DNA from: Cyanobacteria bacterium REEB417
Lineage (GTDB): Bacteria; Cyanobacteriota; Cyanobacteriia; PCC-6307; Cyanobiaceae
DNA: 64,000 nucleotides
Direction of reading: 5' to 3'
Assembly (NCBI GenBank): GCA_018970945.1
Contig: JAGWVJ010000001.1
Location: 67,357-131,356, forward strand
Positions 36,699-49,176 of the stretch are shown piece after piece. Under the pieces are notes generated by a model. The model was not told where the DNA came from and searched no databases. It worked only from the letters and a program-made list of their open reading frames with translations. A program made the position numbers and the translations under genes. The stretch's first letter is position 1; each line of letters begins with the position of its first letter.

Positions 36699-39317
36699 AT
36701 GCCTGCTGCCAGTACTTTTCTTACCGACTACCGCGCCGCCGCCGCCGAGCGCGACGCCCTTGGTGTGCCGGCCCTGCCGCTGAGCGCTGAGCAGACCGGC
36801 GCTCTGACCACACTGCTGGCTGCGCCCCCCGCCGGCGAAGAAGCATTTGTGCTGGAACTGCTCAGCGAGCGCATTCCCCCCGGCGTTGATGAGGCCGCCT
36901 ATGTGAAGGCCAGCTGGCTGCTGGCCGTGGCCAACGGTGAAACCGCCAGCCCATTGGTGCCGAAACTGGAAGCGGTGCGTCTGCTGGCCACCATGATCGG
37001 CGGTTACAACGTGGGCGCCCTGATCGCGCTGCTGGGCCACGCCGACAACGCCATCGCGAGCGCCGCAGCTGCAGGTCTCAGCAAGACCCTGCTGGTTTAC
37101 GACTCCTACAACGAGGTGCTTGAGCTGGCCGCGACCAACCCCCACGCCCAGCGGGTGATCGACAGTTGGGCCTCAGCCGAATGGTTCACCGCCAAGCCCG
37201 AGCTGCCCGCCGACATAACGGTGACGGTGTTCAAGGTGGAGGGCGAGACCAACACCGATGACCTCTCGCCGGCCACCCACGCCACCACCCGCCCCGACAT
37301 CCCCCTGCACGCCCAGGCGATGCTCGAGACCCGCATGCCGGGCGGGCTGGAGCTGATCGCCCAGCTGAAAGGCAAGGGCCACCCGGTGGCCTATGTGGGC
37401 GATGTGGTGGGCACGGGCAGCTCACGCAAGTCAGCGATCAACTCGGTGCTGTGGCACACCGGCGACGACATTCCCCATGTGCCCAACAAGCGCTCAGGCG
37501 GGGTGATCCTGGGGGGCAAGATCGCGCCGATCTTCTTCAACACCGCCGAAGACTCGGGCGCCCTGCCGATCGAGTGCGACGTGAGCGCGCTGGCCACGGG
37601 GGACGTGATCACGATCCGCCCCTACGCCGGCACGATCGAGCACGCCGCCGGTGAACCAGGCGCCGGTGAGATCGTGGCTCGCTTTGAACTCAAACCCAGC
37701 ACGATCACCGATGAGGTGCGGGCCGGCGGCCGCATCCCCCTGCTGATCGGCCGCTCCCTCACCGACAAGGTGCGCGCCCAGCTGGGGCTGGCCCCATCGG
37801 ATCTGTTCATTCGCCCGGTGGCCCCGGCCGACAGCGGCAAGGGCTACACCCTGGCCCAGAAGATGGTCGGCAAGGCCTGCGGCCTGGCGGGCGTGCGCCC
37901 CGGCACCAGCTGCGAGCCGCTGATGACCACCGTGGGCTCCCAGGACACCACCGGGCCGATGACCCGCGACGAAATGAAGGAGCTGGCCTGCCTGGGCTTC
38001 TCGGCTGATCTGGTGATGCAGAGCTTTTGCCACACCGCCGCCTACCCCAAGCCGGTGGACCTCAAGACCCACGCTGAGCTGCCCGACTTCATCAGCAGCC
38101 GGGGCGGCGTGGCCCTGCGGCCCGGCGACGGCATCATCCACAGCTGGCTCAACCGCATGCTGCTGCCCGACAGCGTGGGCACCGGCGGCGACAGCCACAC
38201 CCGCTTCCCCCTCGGGATCAGCTTTCCTGCAGGTTCGGGCCTGGTGGCCTTCGCCGCCGCCATCGGCGCCATGCCGCTGGACATGCCCGAGTCGGTGCTG
38301 GTGAAGTTCACCGGTTCGCTGCAGCCGGGCGTGACCCTGCGCGATGTGGTCAACGCCATCCCCTATGTGGCCATTCAGCAGGGGCTGCTGACGGTGGCCA
38401 AGGAGGGCAAACAGAACGTGTTCAACGGCCGCATCATGGAGATCGAAGGGTTGCCCGATCTCAAGCTCGAGCAGGCCTTTGAACTGACCGACGCCACCGC
38501 CGAACGCAGCTGCGCCGGCAGCACGATCAAGCTCTCGGTGGACACCGTCAGCGAGTACCTGCGCAGCAACGTGGCGCTGCTCAAAAACATGATCGCCCGC
38601 GGTTACGGCGATGCCCGCACCCTGGCGCGCCGCATCAAGGCGATGGAGGCCTGGCTGGCCAATCCGGTGCTGCTGGAGGCCGACGCCGACGCCGAGTACG
38701 CCGCCGTGATCGAAATCAACCTCAACGAGATCACTGAACCGATCCTGGCCTGCCCCAACGACCCCGACAACGTCAAAACGCTGTCTGAGGTCGCAGGCGA
38801 GCGCATCGATGAGGTGTTCATCGGCAGCTGCATGACCAACATCGGCCACTACCGCGCCGCCGCCAACGTGCTCAAGGGCCAGGGCGCCAACGCCGCGCGC
38901 CTATGGGTGTGCCCGCCCACCCGCATGGACGAGGAGAAACTGAAAGAAGAGGGCTACTACGCCACCTTTGAAGCCGCAGGCTCGCGCATGGAGATGCCCG
39001 GCTGCTCGCTGTGCATGGGCAACCAGGCCCGAGTGGAGGACAACACCACCGTGTTCTCCACCAGCACCCGCAACTTCAACAACCGCCTCGGCAACGGCGC
39101 CCAGGTGTATCTGGGCAGCGCCGAGCTGGCGGCGGTGTGCGCCCAGCTGGGCCGCATTCCCTCCAAGGACGAGTACCTGGCCATCGCCGCCGAAAAGATC
39201 GACCCGTTCGGCGCCGAGCTCTACCGCTACCTCAACTTCGATCAGATCGCCGGCTTCGAAGACAGCGGCCGGGTGGTGTCTGCCGACGAGGAGGCCCAGG
39301 TGCTGGCGGGGGTCTGA
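36699..39317 (+). CDS. acnB: Aconitate hydratase B
   Basis: 872 aa. N-terminal AcnB-specific HEAT-like/swivel region ([23 protein letters not shown]...) and [16 protein letters not shown] Fe-S motifs. Confidence 0.95.
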   Translation: MPAASTFLTDYRAAAAERDALGVPALPLSAEQTGALTTLLAAPPAGEEAFVLELLSERIPPGVDEAAYVKASWLLAVANGETASPLVPKLEAVRLLATMIGGYNVGALIALLGHADNAIASAAAAGLSKTLLVYDSYNEVLELAATNPHAQRVIDSWASAEWFTAKPELPADITVTVFKVEGETNTDDLSPATHATTRPDIPLHAQAMLETRMPGGLELIAQLKGKGHPVAYVGDVVGTGSSRKSAINSVLWHTGDDIPHVPNKRSGGVILGGKIAPIFFNTAEDSGALPIECDVSALATGDVITIRPYAGTIEHAAGEPGAGEIVARFELKPSTITDEVRAGGRIPLLIGRSLTDKVRAQLGLAPSDLFIRPVAPADSGKGYTLAQKMVGKACGLAGVRPGTSCEPLMTTVGSQDTTGPMTRDEMKELACLGFSADLVMQSFCHTAAYPKPVDLKTHAELPDFISSRGGVALRPGDGIIHSWLNRMLLPDSVGTGGDSHTRFPLGISFPAGSGLVAFAAAIGAMPLDMPESVLVKFTGSLQPGVTLRDVVNAIPYVAIQQGLLTVAKEGKQNVFNGRIMEIEGLPDLKLEQAFELTDATAERSCAGSTIKLSVDTVSEYLRSNVALLKNMIARGYGDARTLARRIKAMEAWLANPVLLEADADAEYAAVIEINLNEITEPILACPNDPDNVKTLSEVAGERIDEVFIGSCMTNIGHYRAAANVLKGQGANAARLWVCPPTRMDEEKLKEEGYYATFEAAGSRMEMPGCSLCMGNQARVEDNTTVFSTSTRNFNNRLGNGAQVYLGSAELAAVCAQLGRIPSKDEYLAIAAEKIDPFGAELYRYLNFDQIAGFEDSGRVVSADEEAQVLAGV

Positions 39318-39526
39318 GCCGCCTGCGACAGCATCAGGGCGGGAGCCAGCTCCTGCACAAAGGTCTGCAGAACCCTGTCGGCCTGATCCCGGGTCAGGGA
39401 TCCGTTGAACACCCCAGTGGCTCGATCAGCATGTCGATACGGTAATGACCCGCCTCGTCGACGCACCTGAACCAGGAGACCCTGCTGTTTGAGCCGGCCG
39501 CAGCCGAAGCCGGCGCACTGCGGGCG

Positions 39527-41116
39527 GTGCTGGCCTTTCCCAGCAGCTACAGCGTCGGCATCACCAGCCTGGGGTATCAGGTGGTGTGGGCCACCCTGGC
39601 CCGGCGCAGCGACGTCGATGTGCGGCGCCTGTTCACCGACCGGGGCGATGCGCCCCACCGCAACCTCGACCTGTTCGGCCTGTCCCTGAGCTGGGAGCTC
39701 GACGGCCCGGTGCTGCTCGATCTGCTCGAGCAGCAGCGCATCCCGATCTGGACGGCCGAGCGGGACGACGACGACCCGATCGTGTTCGGCGGCGGACCGG
39801 TGCTCACCGCCAACCCCGAACCGCTGGCGCCGTTCTTTGACGCGATCCTGCTGGGCGACGGCGAGCTGCTTCTGCCGGCCTTCATCGATGCCCTGCAGGC
39901 CTGCCGCGGCGCCCCCCGCCCCGAGCGGCTGCGGCGGCTGGCCCAGGTCGAAGGGGTGTATCTACCTAGTCTCTACAGACCGCGCTACGACAGCGCCGGC
40001 ACCCTGCAGGCGATCGAGCCCCTGGACGGCGCGAACGAACCGCCGATCCCGGCGACGATCGCCAAGCAGACCTGGCGCGGCAACACGCTGAGCCACTCGA
40101 CCGTGATCACGCCCGAAGCGGCGTGGCCCGACATTCACATGGTCGAGGTGGTGCGCAGCTGCCCCGAGCTGTGCCGCTTCTGCCTGGCCAGCTACCTGAC
40201 GTTGCCGTTTCGCACCCCCGGCCTCGACGACGGTCTGATCCCGGCGGTCGAGAAAGGGCTGAGCGCCACCCAGCGCCTGGGGCTGCTGGGGGCCTCGGTG
40301 ACCCAGCATCCCCAGTTCGACGAGCTGCTGCAGTGGCTCGACCAGGACCGCTTCGACGGCACCCGGGTGAGTGTCAGTTCGGTGCGGGCCGCCACGGTGA
40401 CCCCCGAACTGGGCCGCATCCTGGCCAAGCGCGGCAGCAAGTCGCTCACGATCGCGATTGAGAGCGGCAGCGAGCGCCTGCGCCGGGTGGTCAACAAAAA
40501 GCTCGACACCGACGCGATCTTTGCCGCCGCCCGCTACGCCAAAGAGGGTGGATTAAGCGGCCTCAAGCTCTACGGCATGGTTGGCCTGCCCAGCGAAGAG
40601 GAGGCCGATGTGGAGGCCACCGCCGCGCTGCTGCTGGCCCTCAAGAAAGCGACCCCGGGCCTGCGCCTGAGCCTGGGGGTGAGCACCTTCGTGCCCAAGG
40701 CCCACACCCCGTTTCAGTGGGAGGGAGTACGCCCCGAGGCCGACAAGCGCCTGCAGCTGCTGGCCAAGCGCCTCAAGCCCAGGGGCATCGAGCTGCGCCC
40801 CGAGAGCTACGGCTGGAGCGTGATCCAGGCGCTGCTCTCACGCAGCGACCGGCGTCTGGCGCCGGTGATCGCAGCCGCCCGCGGCCAGCACGAGAGCCTG
40901 GGGGGCTGGAAACGGGCCTACAAGGCCGTGCTCAGGGGCGAAGGGCCTGCGATCGGAGCCGCAGTGTCCCGCCTGTGGGACACCCAGGCGCCGCCCCCCT
41001 GGGACGCGGTGGTGCATGGGACCTGGAGCGGCGAGCAGGTGCTGCCGTGGGCGCACCTCGTGGGGCCGCTACCACCTGAGACCCTGGCCAAGCACCGGAC
41101 CGAAGCGCTGGCCTAA
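39527..41116 (+). CDS. Radical SAM protein with N-terminal B12-binding-like domain (start uncertain)
   Basis: VVRSCPELCRFCLASY CxxxCxxC motif. The frame is open from 39449, with only CTG or GTG start options. Confidence 0.8.
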   Translation: MLAFPSSYSVGITSLGYQVVWATLARRSDVDVRRLFTDRGDAPHRNLDLFGLSLSWELDGPVLLDLLEQQRIPIWTAERDDDDPIVFGGGPVLTANPEPLAPFFDAILLGDGELLLPAFIDALQACRGAPRPERLRRLAQVEGVYLPSLYRPRYDSAGTLQAIEPLDGANEPPIPATIAKQTWRGNTLSHSTVITPEAAWPDIHMVEVVRSCPELCRFCLASYLTLPFRTPGLDDGLIPAVEKGLSATQRLGLLGASVTQHPQFDELLQWLDQDRFDGTRVSVSSVRAATVTPELGRILAKRGSKSLTIAIESGSERLRRVVNKKLDTDAIFAAARYAKEGGLSGLKLYGMVGLPSEEEADVEATAALLLALKKATPGLRLSLGVSTFVPKAHTPFQWEGVRPEADKRLQLLAKRLKPRGIELRPESYGWSVIQALLSRSDRRLAPVIAAARGQHESLGGWKRAYKAVLRGEGPAIGAAVSRLWDTQAPPPWDAVVHGTWSGEQVLPWAHLVGPLPPETLAKHRTEALA

Positions 41117-41988
41117 TCGAAGACTGCCGTGCGCCCGCGATAGACCATCACCTCGCGGCGCAGATGCAGCCGCAGGGCCCGGGCCAGGGCGAGGCGTTCA
41201 CAGTCGCGGCCCTTGCGGATCAGATCATCGATCTCAGCGCGATGGCTCACGTGCATGGTGCTCTGCTCAATGATCGGACCGTCGTCGAGGTCTTCGGTCA
41301 CGTAATGGGCCGTGGCGCCGATCAGCTTGACGCCCCGCTCCCAGGCCCGGTGGTAGGGCTGGGCCCCCTTGAAGGCGGGCAGAAACGAGTGGTGAATGTT
41401 GATCACCCGGTGGTCCTGGGGGCCGCCGTTTTGGAAGCGACGGAGAAAGTCGCCGCTGAGCACCTGCATGTACTTGGCGAGCACCACCAGATCGATGCGG
41501 TGCTCGGCCAGCAGTTCAAGCTGACGGGCCTCGACCCGGGCCTTGCTGGCGGCATCGATCGACAGGCATTCGAACCGGGCCCCGAAGCCCTCGGCCTCGG
41601 GCCGCAGATCGGGATGGTTGGCGATCACCAGCGGCACCCGCATCGGCAGCTCGCCGGCCCGGGTTCGCCACAGCAGATCCAGCAGACAGTGGGCCTGCCG
41701 GCTCACAAAGATGGCCACCCGCGGCAGCTCGTCGGAGAAATGCACCTGGCCCTCGCCACCGAGACGCTCGGCCAGGGCTTCCACGGCCGGGCCGATGGCC
41801 TCGCGGGGCAGGCCGAAGCCCTCGAGTCCCCACTCGATGCGGCTCAGGAACAGGCCCGCCCCGGAGTCGGTGTGGTGGTCGGCGTGGCGGATGTTGCCGC
41901 CGTTGGCCGCCACCCATCCCGACAGCTCGCTCACCAACCCCGGACGGTCAGGGCAGATCAGCTGCAGGATCGCGGTGGCGGGGATCAT
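41113..41988 (-). CDS. purU: Formyltetrahydrofolate deformylase
   Basis: Internal ATG at 41988: MIPATAILQLICPDRPGLVSELSGWV (ACT domain). INIHHSFLPAFKGAQPY formyltransferase motif. Confidence 0.92.
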   Translation of the reverse strand: MIPATAILQLICPDRPGLVSELSGWVAANGGNIRHADHHTDSGAGLFLSRIEWGLEGFGLPREAIGPAVEALAERLGGEGQVHFSDELPRVAIFVSRQAHCLLDLLWRTRAGELPMRVPLVIANHPDLRPEAEGFGARFECLSIDAASKARVEARQLELLAEHRIDLVVLAKYMQVLSGDFLRRFQNGGPQDHRVINIHHSFLPAFKGAQPYHRAWERGVKLIGATAHYVTEDLDDGPIIEQSTMHVSHRAEIDDLIRKGRDCERLALARALRLHLRREVMVYRGRTAVFD

Positions 41989-42107
41989 GGGGCAGACCGA
42001 CTTCAACTGCATGCGTAGCACGTGCACGATTGCGAGCGGCGACAGAGGCTGCCCAGGCCGGGGTGCCCCCGATAAAGTCACCGCCACGAGCGATCCCCCT
42101 TGAGGCC

Positions 42108-42599
42108 ATGCCCGCCCCCCTCCACTTCCTGCTGCAGTCCCTGAGACGCCTGGCCCTGCTGCTGGTGGGGGCAGCCCTGTGCTTTGGCCTGACCGCCTGT
42201 GGCGACGCCAAGGCCAAGACCCCGACCCTCAGTGCCGACGACATCGCCGTGATCGAGCGCCAGGCCGAGGGCTTCCTGGCCGCCCGCAACCGTCTGCCCG
42301 ATCTGGCCCGGCTGGTCAAGAACAAGGACTGGACCTTCACGCGCAACCTGATCCACGGGCCAATGCAGGAGGTGAGCCGCGAGATGCTCTACATCAACCA
42401 GCACCTGCTGCCCGCCGACCGGGCCGAGGCCACCGAGCGCGCCAACGACCTCAAGACCGCCCTGGCCCAGCTCGACGAGGCCGCCGTGCAGCAGGACGGG
42501 GAGAAGCTCCGCAAGGCCTACATCAAGGTGGCCAGCGGCTTCGGCCTGTATGCCCAGATGCTGCCGCCCCAGGTCCAGGAGGACCTCAAGCAGATCTGA
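42108..42599 (+). CDS. psbQ: Photosystem II lipoprotein PsbQ (CyanoQ)
   Basis: ATG at 42108. Lipobox LTAC. KDWTFTRNLIHGPMQEVSREMLYINQHLLP...LDEAA four-helix PsbQ-like pattern. Confidence 0.75.
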   Translation: MPAPLHFLLQSLRRLALLLVGAALCFGLTACGDAKAKTPTLSADDIAVIERQAEGFLAARNRLPDLARLVKNKDWTFTRNLIHGPMQEVSREMLYINQHLLPADRAEATERANDLKTALAQLDEAAVQQDGEKLRKAYIKVASGFGLYAQMLPPQVQEDLKQI

Positions 42600-43687
42600 G
42601 CCCGGCCCTGACCCAGACCACAGCCGGCCGTGACGTCGCCATTGTCGGCGGCGGCATCATCGGCCGCACCGCGGCCTGGCATTTGCAGCGCTGCGGTCAC
42701 CGGGTGACCCTGATCGACGCCGCGGATCCCATGGGCGGCAGCAACGCCGCCCTGGGCCTGCTGATGGCCCAGGTGTTCCACCGGGCCAGCGGCCGCGCCT
42801 GGCGTCTGCGCCAGGCCAGCCTGAACCTGTGGGAGCGCTGGGTGGCCGAGTTGCAGAGCCTGGGGCATCCGCTGCAGCTCAACCGCGGCCTGCTGCTATT
42901 GGCCGCCAACCCCGACGAGCTGGCCCGCCAGCAGGCCCTGTGCGAGGCGCGACAGGCGATGGGCCTGCCGTTCGAGCTGTGGGGACCAGCCCAGCTGGCC
43001 GAGCTGACGCCAGGGCTGCCGGCCGCGGCCCTCGGGGGCCTGTGGTCAGCGGCCGACGGCCAGATCGATCCACAGCCGCTGCTGGCCGCCCTGCTGCACG
43101 AAGCCCGGCGACTGGGCGCCCGGATCCTGGGCAGGCGGGTGCAGGCCCTGAATCCGATCAGCAGCGGGGGCTGGCGGCTGCAGCTTGACCGTGGCGAACC
43201 GCTGCGGTGCTCCACCGTGGTGGTCTGCGCCGGGCACGGCGCAGCTGAGCTGCTGGAGCCCCAGGGGCACCCTCTGCCCATGGCGCCGGTGCTGGGTCAG
43301 GCCGTGGAGCTGGCGCTTGAGCCGAGCGACGCCGCGGGCGGCTGGCAGGGCGCCTGGCCCGCCGCCGTTGTCTGGGAGGGCATCAACCTGGTGCCGCGCC
43401 CCGGCGGACGGTTGTGGCTGGGAGCCACCCTGGAGCCAGGACTGAACGCCGATGCCGCGGCCCTGCAGTCCATGGCTGACCTCAACGGCCACGCTCCCCC
43501 CTGGCTGACCCGGGCCACGGTGCTGAGCCGGTGGCAGGGGCTACGGGTGCAACCCCTGGAGCGTCCTGCACCCTGGCTCGAGGTGCTGGCGCCGGGACTG
43601 CTGATGGCGGGCTGTCACTACCGCAACGGCCTGCTGCTGGCCCCGGCGACCGCCACCTGGATCGCTGAGGCCCTTGAAGCAGACTGA
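42596..43687 (+). CDS. FAD-dependent oxidoreductase (DAO family, ThiO/glycine-oxidase-like); start codon unresolved
   Basis: DVAIVGGGIIGRTAAWHLQRCGHRVTLID Rossmann motif lies about 14 codons after the psbQ stop. No in-frame ATG/GTG/TTG precedes it. A CTG at 42596 overlaps the psbQ TGA. Confidence 0.7.
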   Translation: MSPALTQTTAGRDVAIVGGGIIGRTAAWHLQRCGHRVTLIDAADPMGGSNAALGLLMAQVFHRASGRAWRLRQASLNLWERWVAELQSLGHPLQLNRGLLLLAANPDELARQQALCEARQAMGLPFELWGPAQLAELTPGLPAAALGGLWSAADGQIDPQPLLAALLHEARRLGARILGRRVQALNPISSGGWRLQLDRGEPLRCSTVVVCAGHGAAELLEPQGHPLPMAPVLGQAVELALEPSDAAGGWQGAWPAAVVWEGINLVPRPGGRLWLGATLEPGLNADAAALQSMADLNGHAPPWLTRATVLSRWQGLRVQPLERPAPWLEVLAPGLLMAGCHYRNGLLLAPATATWIAEALEAD

Positions 43688-43756
43688 TGCTGTCACTCGG
43701 GTCATCGGCAATGGGATTTTGCCTGTCCCGCTGAGGCAAGCCTCGTCAGGTGGGCC

Positions 43757-45664
43757 TCACTTGGTTTCGGTGAACTCGGCGTCGATGACGTCGTCGGCAC
43801 CGCTGCCGGCGGCGGCGGAGGCACCGTCGCCGTTGCCTCCGGGGGCCTCGCCAGAGGTGGCACCCGCCTGCTGGTAGACGGCGGCACCTGCGGCATAAAG
43901 CGCCTGCTGCAGCTGCTCGAGCACGGTCTTGATGGTGGCCGTGTCGTCGTTCTCGACAGCCGCCTTGAGCTGCCGGGTGAAGTCCTCCACCTTGCTCTTG
44001 TCTTCAGCGCCCACCTTGTCGCCGAGTTCGCCGAGCTGCTTTTCAGCCTGGTAGATGAGGGTCTCAGCCTGGTTCTTCAGGTCGATCTTCTCGCGCTTCT
44101 CCTTGTCGGCGGCGGCGTTGGACTCAGCGTCCTTCACCATCTTCTCGACCTCGTTCTCACTCAGGGTCGACGCGCCGGTGATCGAGATGCTCTGCTCCTT
44201 GCCGCTGCCCTTGTCCTTGGCGGTGACGCTCAGGATGCCGTTGGCATCGATGTCGAAGGTGACTTCGATCTGGGGCACGCCACGGGGGGCCGGCGGGATG
44301 CCGTCGAGCCTGAAGGTGCCCAGCGACTTGTTGTCGCTGGCCATCTCGCGCTCGCCCTGCAGCACGTGGATCTCCACATTGGTCTGACCATCGACGGCGG
44401 TCGAATAGGTCTCCGACTTCTTGGTGGGGATCGTGGTGTTGCGGGGAATCATCTTGGTCATCACGCCACCCAGGGTTTCCACACCCAGCGACAGGGGCGT
44501 GACGTCGAGCAGCAAGATGTCCTTGACCTCACCGGCCAGCACACCGCCCTGGATGGCGGCGCCCACGGCCACCACCTCGTCGGGGTTGACGGTCTGGTTG
44601 GGATCCTTGCCGGTGACGCGCTTGACCAGCTCGAGCACCGCGGGGATGCGGGTGGAGCCACCCACCATCACCACCTCATCGAGCTCGGAGGAGCTCAGCT
44701 TGGCGTCCTTCAGGGCCTGCTCGACGGGCACGCGGCAGCGGTCGATGAGCTTGCTGGCCAGCTCTTCGAACCTGGCCCGGGTCAGGGTGAGGTCGAGGTG
44801 CTTGGGGCCTTCGGGGGTCGCCGTGATGAACGGCAGGTTGATCTCGCTCTGGGTGGCACTGGACAGCTCGATCTTGGCCTTCTCGGCCGCCTCGGTCAGG
44901 CGCTGCAGGGCCTGCTTGTCGGCGCGCAGGTCGATGCCCTCGTTGGCCTTGAAGCTGTCGGCAAGGTGATCAACGATCACTTTGTCAAAGTCGTCTCCAC
45001 CCAGGTGGGTGTCACCACTGGTGGAGAGCACTTCGAACACGCCGTCGCCCACCTCGAGCACCGACACGTCGAAGGTGCCGCCGCCCAGGTCGAACACCAG
45101 GATGCGCTCGTTGCTCTTCCTGTCGAGGCCGTAGGCGAGCGCCGCCGCGGTGGGCTCGTTGATGATGCGCAGCACCTCAAGGCCGGCGATCTTGCCGGCA
45201 TCCTTGGTGGCCTGGCGCTGGGAGTCATTGAAGTAGGCGGGCACCGTGATCACCGCCTGGGTCACGGTCTCACCGAGGTACTTGCCCGCGTCTTCGGCCA
45301 GCTTGCGTAGCACCTGGGCGCTCACCTCCTCAGGGGCGAACTGCTTGCTGAGCACGGGACACTTGACCTTGACGTTGGAGCCCGCCTTCTCGACGCCGTA
45401 GCTGACCTCCTTGGACTCCTCGTTGACCTCGTCAACACGGCGACCGATGAAACGCTTCACCGAATAAAAGGTGTTCTCGGGATTCATCACCGCCTGGCGC
45501 TTGGCGATCTGCCCCACCAGCTGGTCCTGGTTCTTGGTGTAGGCAACCACCGAAGGGGTGGTACGGAAACCCTCGGCGTTGGCGATCACCGTGGGCTTTC
45601 CGCCCTCCATCACGGCCACGCAGCTGTTGGTGGTGCCGAGATCAATGCCGACGACCTTTCCCAT
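43757..45664 (-). CDS. dnaK: Molecular chaperone DnaK (Hsp70)
   Basis: [18 protein letters not shown]..., [10 protein letters not shown]; 635 aa. Confidence 0.97.
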   Translation of the reverse strand: MGKVVGIDLGTTNSCVAVMEGGKPTVIANAEGFRTTPSVVAYTKNQDQLVGQIAKRQAVMNPENTFYSVKRFIGRRVDEVNEESKEVSYGVEKAGSNVKVKCPVLSKQFAPEEVSAQVLRKLAEDAGKYLGETVTQAVITVPAYFNDSQRQATKDAGKIAGLEVLRIINEPTAAALAYGLDRKSNERILVFDLGGGTFDVSVLEVGDGVFEVLSTSGDTHLGGDDFDKVIVDHLADSFKANEGIDLRADKQALQRLTEAAEKAKIELSSATQSEINLPFITATPEGPKHLDLTLTRARFEELASKLIDRCRVPVEQALKDAKLSSSELDEVVMVGGSTRIPAVLELVKRVTGKDPNQTVNPDEVVAVGAAIQGGVLAGEVKDILLLDVTPLSLGVETLGGVMTKMIPRNTTIPTKKSETYSTAVDGQTNVEIHVLQGEREMASDNKSLGTFRLDGIPPAPRGVPQIEVTFDIDANGILSVTAKDKGSGKEQSISITGASTLSENEVEKMVKDAESNAAADKEKREKIDLKNQAETLIYQAEKQLGELGDKVGAEDKSKVEDFTRQLKAAVENDDTATIKTVLEQLQQALYAAGAAVYQQAGATSGEAPGGNGDGASAAAGSGADDVIDAEFTETK

Positions 45665-45734
45665 GGATTCCCACCTCCTGGGTGATGAATTTCAGACTGC
45701 TGGCATCCTCATCAGCAGACGCTGCAGACGGCGA

Positions 45735-45794
45735 GGGGTGGTTCCCGAACAGGGGCCGTACAGGCGCCTACGGTCTGGGTCGATGAACCGCCCC
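45735..45794 (+). other. Nested stem-loop in the dnaK-aroE divergent intergenic region
   Basis: GGGGTGGTTC (45735-45744) pairs with GAACCGCCCC (45785-45794), giving 10 bp with one G-U that is allowed only on the plus-strand RNA. The inner stem is GGCCGTA/TACGGTC (45754-45760 / 45769-45775). Confidence 0.45.
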
Positions 45795-45803
45795 TGAACC
45801 GTG

Positions 45804-46706
45804 ATGGCCACCCCGATCAGCGCCCGCACCGGCCTGCTGGGGGTGCTGGGGGATCCGGTGGGGCACTCCCTCTCGCCGGTGATGCACAACGCCGCCCTGG
45901 CCGAGCTCGGGCTCGACTGGGTCTACCTGGGCCTGCCGGTGCAGGCCGGGCAGCTGGCGGCGGCGCTGCGGGGTCTGGAGGCGGTCGGCTGCCGCGGACT
46001 CAACGTCACCATCCCCCACAAACAGGCCGTGGCCGCCCTGTGCACCCGCCTCACACCCCTGGCGGAGCGGGTGGGGGCGGTCAACACCCTGGTGCCCCTC
46101 GAGGGCGGGGGCTGGCTGGGCACCAACACCGACGTCGAAGGGTTTCTGGCACCGCTGCGGCAGCAGCCATGGGCGGGCCGGCAGGCGGTGGTGCTGGGCA
46201 ACGGGGGCAGCGCCCGCGCCGTGGTGGCCGCCCTGGTGGAGCTCGGTCTGGGCGGCATCACCGTGGTGGGGCGCCGGGCCGGAAGCCTGGACGTGTTTGC
46301 GGGCAGCTGCAGCGGCTGGGCGCCCCAGCTGGCCACCCGGCCCACACCCGGGCTCGGCAGCGAGCGCGCCGAGCCCGCCCTGCTCGAGCTGCTGGCCGCC
46401 GCCGACCTGGTGGTCAACACCACACCGGTGGGCATGAACGGCACGGTGGGCATGACCAGCGGCCTGAGCCCCCTGGCGGAACAGGCCTGTGCCGTGCTGC
46501 AACCCACCGCCACGGTCTACGACCTGATCTACGTACCCAGGCCCACCCGGCTGCTGCGCCTGGCCAGCGCCCGGGGCTGCACCAGCATCGACGGGCTGAC
46601 GATGCTGGTGCACCAGGGAGCCGCCGCCCTGCAGCTGTGGAGCGGGCTGGGCACGGTGCCGGTGGCGACCATGGCCGCCGCCGCCCAGGCCGCCCTGGCC
46701 AGCTGA
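45804..46706 (+). CDS. aroE: Shikimate dehydrogenase
   Basis: [27 protein letters not shown] and GNGGSARAV motifs. Confidence 0.9.
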   Translation: MATPISARTGLLGVLGDPVGHSLSPVMHNAALAELGLDWVYLGLPVQAGQLAAALRGLEAVGCRGLNVTIPHKQAVAALCTRLTPLAERVGAVNTLVPLEGGGWLGTNTDVEGFLAPLRQQPWAGRQAVVLGNGGSARAVVAALVELGLGGITVVGRRAGSLDVFAGSCSGWAPQLATRPTPGLGSERAEPALLELLAAADLVVNTTPVGMNGTVGMTSGLSPLAEQACAVLQPTATVYDLIYVPRPTRLLRLASARGCTSIDGLTMLVHQGAAALQLWSGLGTVPVATMAAAAQAALAS

Positions 46707-46724
46707 ACCGCCTAGCCTTGAAGA

Positions 46725-47192
46725 ATGGTGAATCCACCCCTGTGGCAACGGCTGCTCGCCGCCGCCGCCTACCTGCTGCCCTGGACCAACGCCATCCCCT
46801 TCGGACGGTCGCTGTTCGGCCTCTGGCCCTGGCTGCAATGGCTGGGCGTGCCGGCCCTGCCGGTGGCGCTGCTCGAGCAGACGGTGCCGTTCGGCAGCTT
46901 CGTGCTGTTTCTGGTGCTGTACCTGGCAGTGGTCCGCAACGGCAGGGTGCCCTACCTGATCCGCTTCAACACGCTGCAGGCGATCCTGCTCGACATCGTG
47001 CTGGTGGTGGTGTCGCTGATCTTCAGCGTGCTGCTGGCCCCCATGGGTGCGGGCTTCGCGCTGCGCACCCTCAGCAACACGGTGTTCCTGGGCGCGCTGG
47101 TGCTGGTGCTGTTCGCCCTGATCGAGAGTCTTCGCGGCAGGGAAGCCGACATCCCGACCCTCTCAGAAGCCGTGCGGATGCAGCTCTACTGA
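46725..47192 (+). CDS. Tic20-family membrane protein
   Basis: [11 protein letters not shown]..., four TM segments and [12 protein letters not shown]. Confidence 0.7.
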   Translation: MVNPPLWQRLLAAAAYLLPWTNAIPFGRSLFGLWPWLQWLGVPALPVALLEQTVPFGSFVLFLVLYLAVVRNGRVPYLIRFNTLQAILLDIVLVVVSLIFSVLLAPMGAGFALRTLSNTVFLGALVLVLFALIESLRGREADIPTLSEAVRMQLY

Positions 47193-47260
47193 CTGATAGG
47201 TTTGTGGATCCGTCGCTGGTGGAGCAGTCCACCGGCCCCTGCCCGACACCTGAGGCGACC

Positions 47261-47629
47261 ATGACGCAGCCCTATTACGAAACCATGTACATCCTTCGTC
47301 CGGACATTCCGGAAGAGGAAGTGGAGACCCACATCGCCAAGTACCGCGATGTGCTCACCGATGCCGGCGCCGAGGTGCTCGACTGCCAGATGCGTGGCAA
47401 GCGCCGCCTGGCCTACACGATCGCCAAGCACCGTGAAGGCATCTACGTGCAGCTCAACCACAACGGCGATGGCCAGCAGGTGGCCCTGCTCGAGCGGGCG
47501 ATGCGCCTCTCTGAGGACGTGATCCGTTATCTCACTGTCAAGCAGGACGGCCCCATGCCCGCACCCCGTGCCCTGCCCACCGTGACCACCACCACCGAGG
47601 CTGCTCCCCTCGAGCCCGCAGCTGTCTGA
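47261..47629 (+). CDS. rpsF: 30S ribosomal protein S6
   Basis: [21 protein letters not shown]...WGKRRLAY-type motif ([10 protein letters not shown]), found in-frame inside a spurious long track ORF. Confidence 0.95.
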   Translation: MTQPYYETMYILRPDIPEEEVETHIAKYRDVLTDAGAEVLDCQMRGKRRLAYTIAKHREGIYVQLNHNGDGQQVALLERAMRLSEDVIRYLTVKQDGPMPAPRALPTVTTTTEAAPLEPAAV

Positions 47630-47643
47630 GCCAGGGCCGCTAA

Positions 47644-47679
47644 GGTCCGGGTCCATGGCGTTTCCCATGGACCCGGACC
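47644..47679. terminator. Perfect 15-bp hairpin downstream of rpsF
   Basis: GGTCCGGGTCCATGG-CGTTTC-CCATGGACCCGGACC starts 15 nt after the rpsF stop. There is no clear U-tract. Confidence 0.55.
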
Positions 47680-47952
47680 CGCGCACATCTGGTGACGCTG
47701 AACGCGAAGCGCAGCGTCAGGCCCTTGCCGAAACCCGCGAGCGGATTGCAGCCATCGAATCGTTGCTCGAGGAGCTGCCAGCACTGTTTGAGGCCCGCTT
47801 TCGCGAGCGCCTGGCGCCGCTGCTGCAACAACAGCAGCAATTGCGCAACGACAACGCCGCCCTGCGTCAGCAGCTGCTGGAGCTGCAGGGATCGAGGCCA
47901 GGTCGCCACCTGCGCGCCCTTGGCAGCCCGGTGCTGCCGGAGCCAGTCCCTC

Positions 47953-49161
<1,209 letters not shown>

Positions 49162-49176
49162 CGCGATTGTGCGCTC

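Noticed and set aside
41989-42107. Possible ZTP (pfl-motif) riboswitch in the purU leader. The minus-strand RNA contains CCCCGGCCUGGGCAG, which resembles the conserved CCGCCUGGGCA 3' element.
   Set aside because: The 5' sub-domain signature (GUGACUGGCG ... CCGGG) is not present in the right order, and the pseudoknot partner cannot be drawn. In addition, up-regulating a formyl-THF-consuming enzyme does not fit ZTP logic. A covariance-model scan (Rfam RF01750) would settle it.
45665-45734. Searched the dnaK upstream region for CIRCE, and the recN (61110-61211) and uvrA (58284-58310) upstream regions for LexA-type boxes (CTGT-N8-ACAG or the cyanobacterial RGTAC-N3-DGTWCB).
   Set aside because: No match better than a half-site was seen. 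The only feature is a 6-bp hairpin, AGGGGG-N8-CCCCCT (61172-61191), of unclear meaning.
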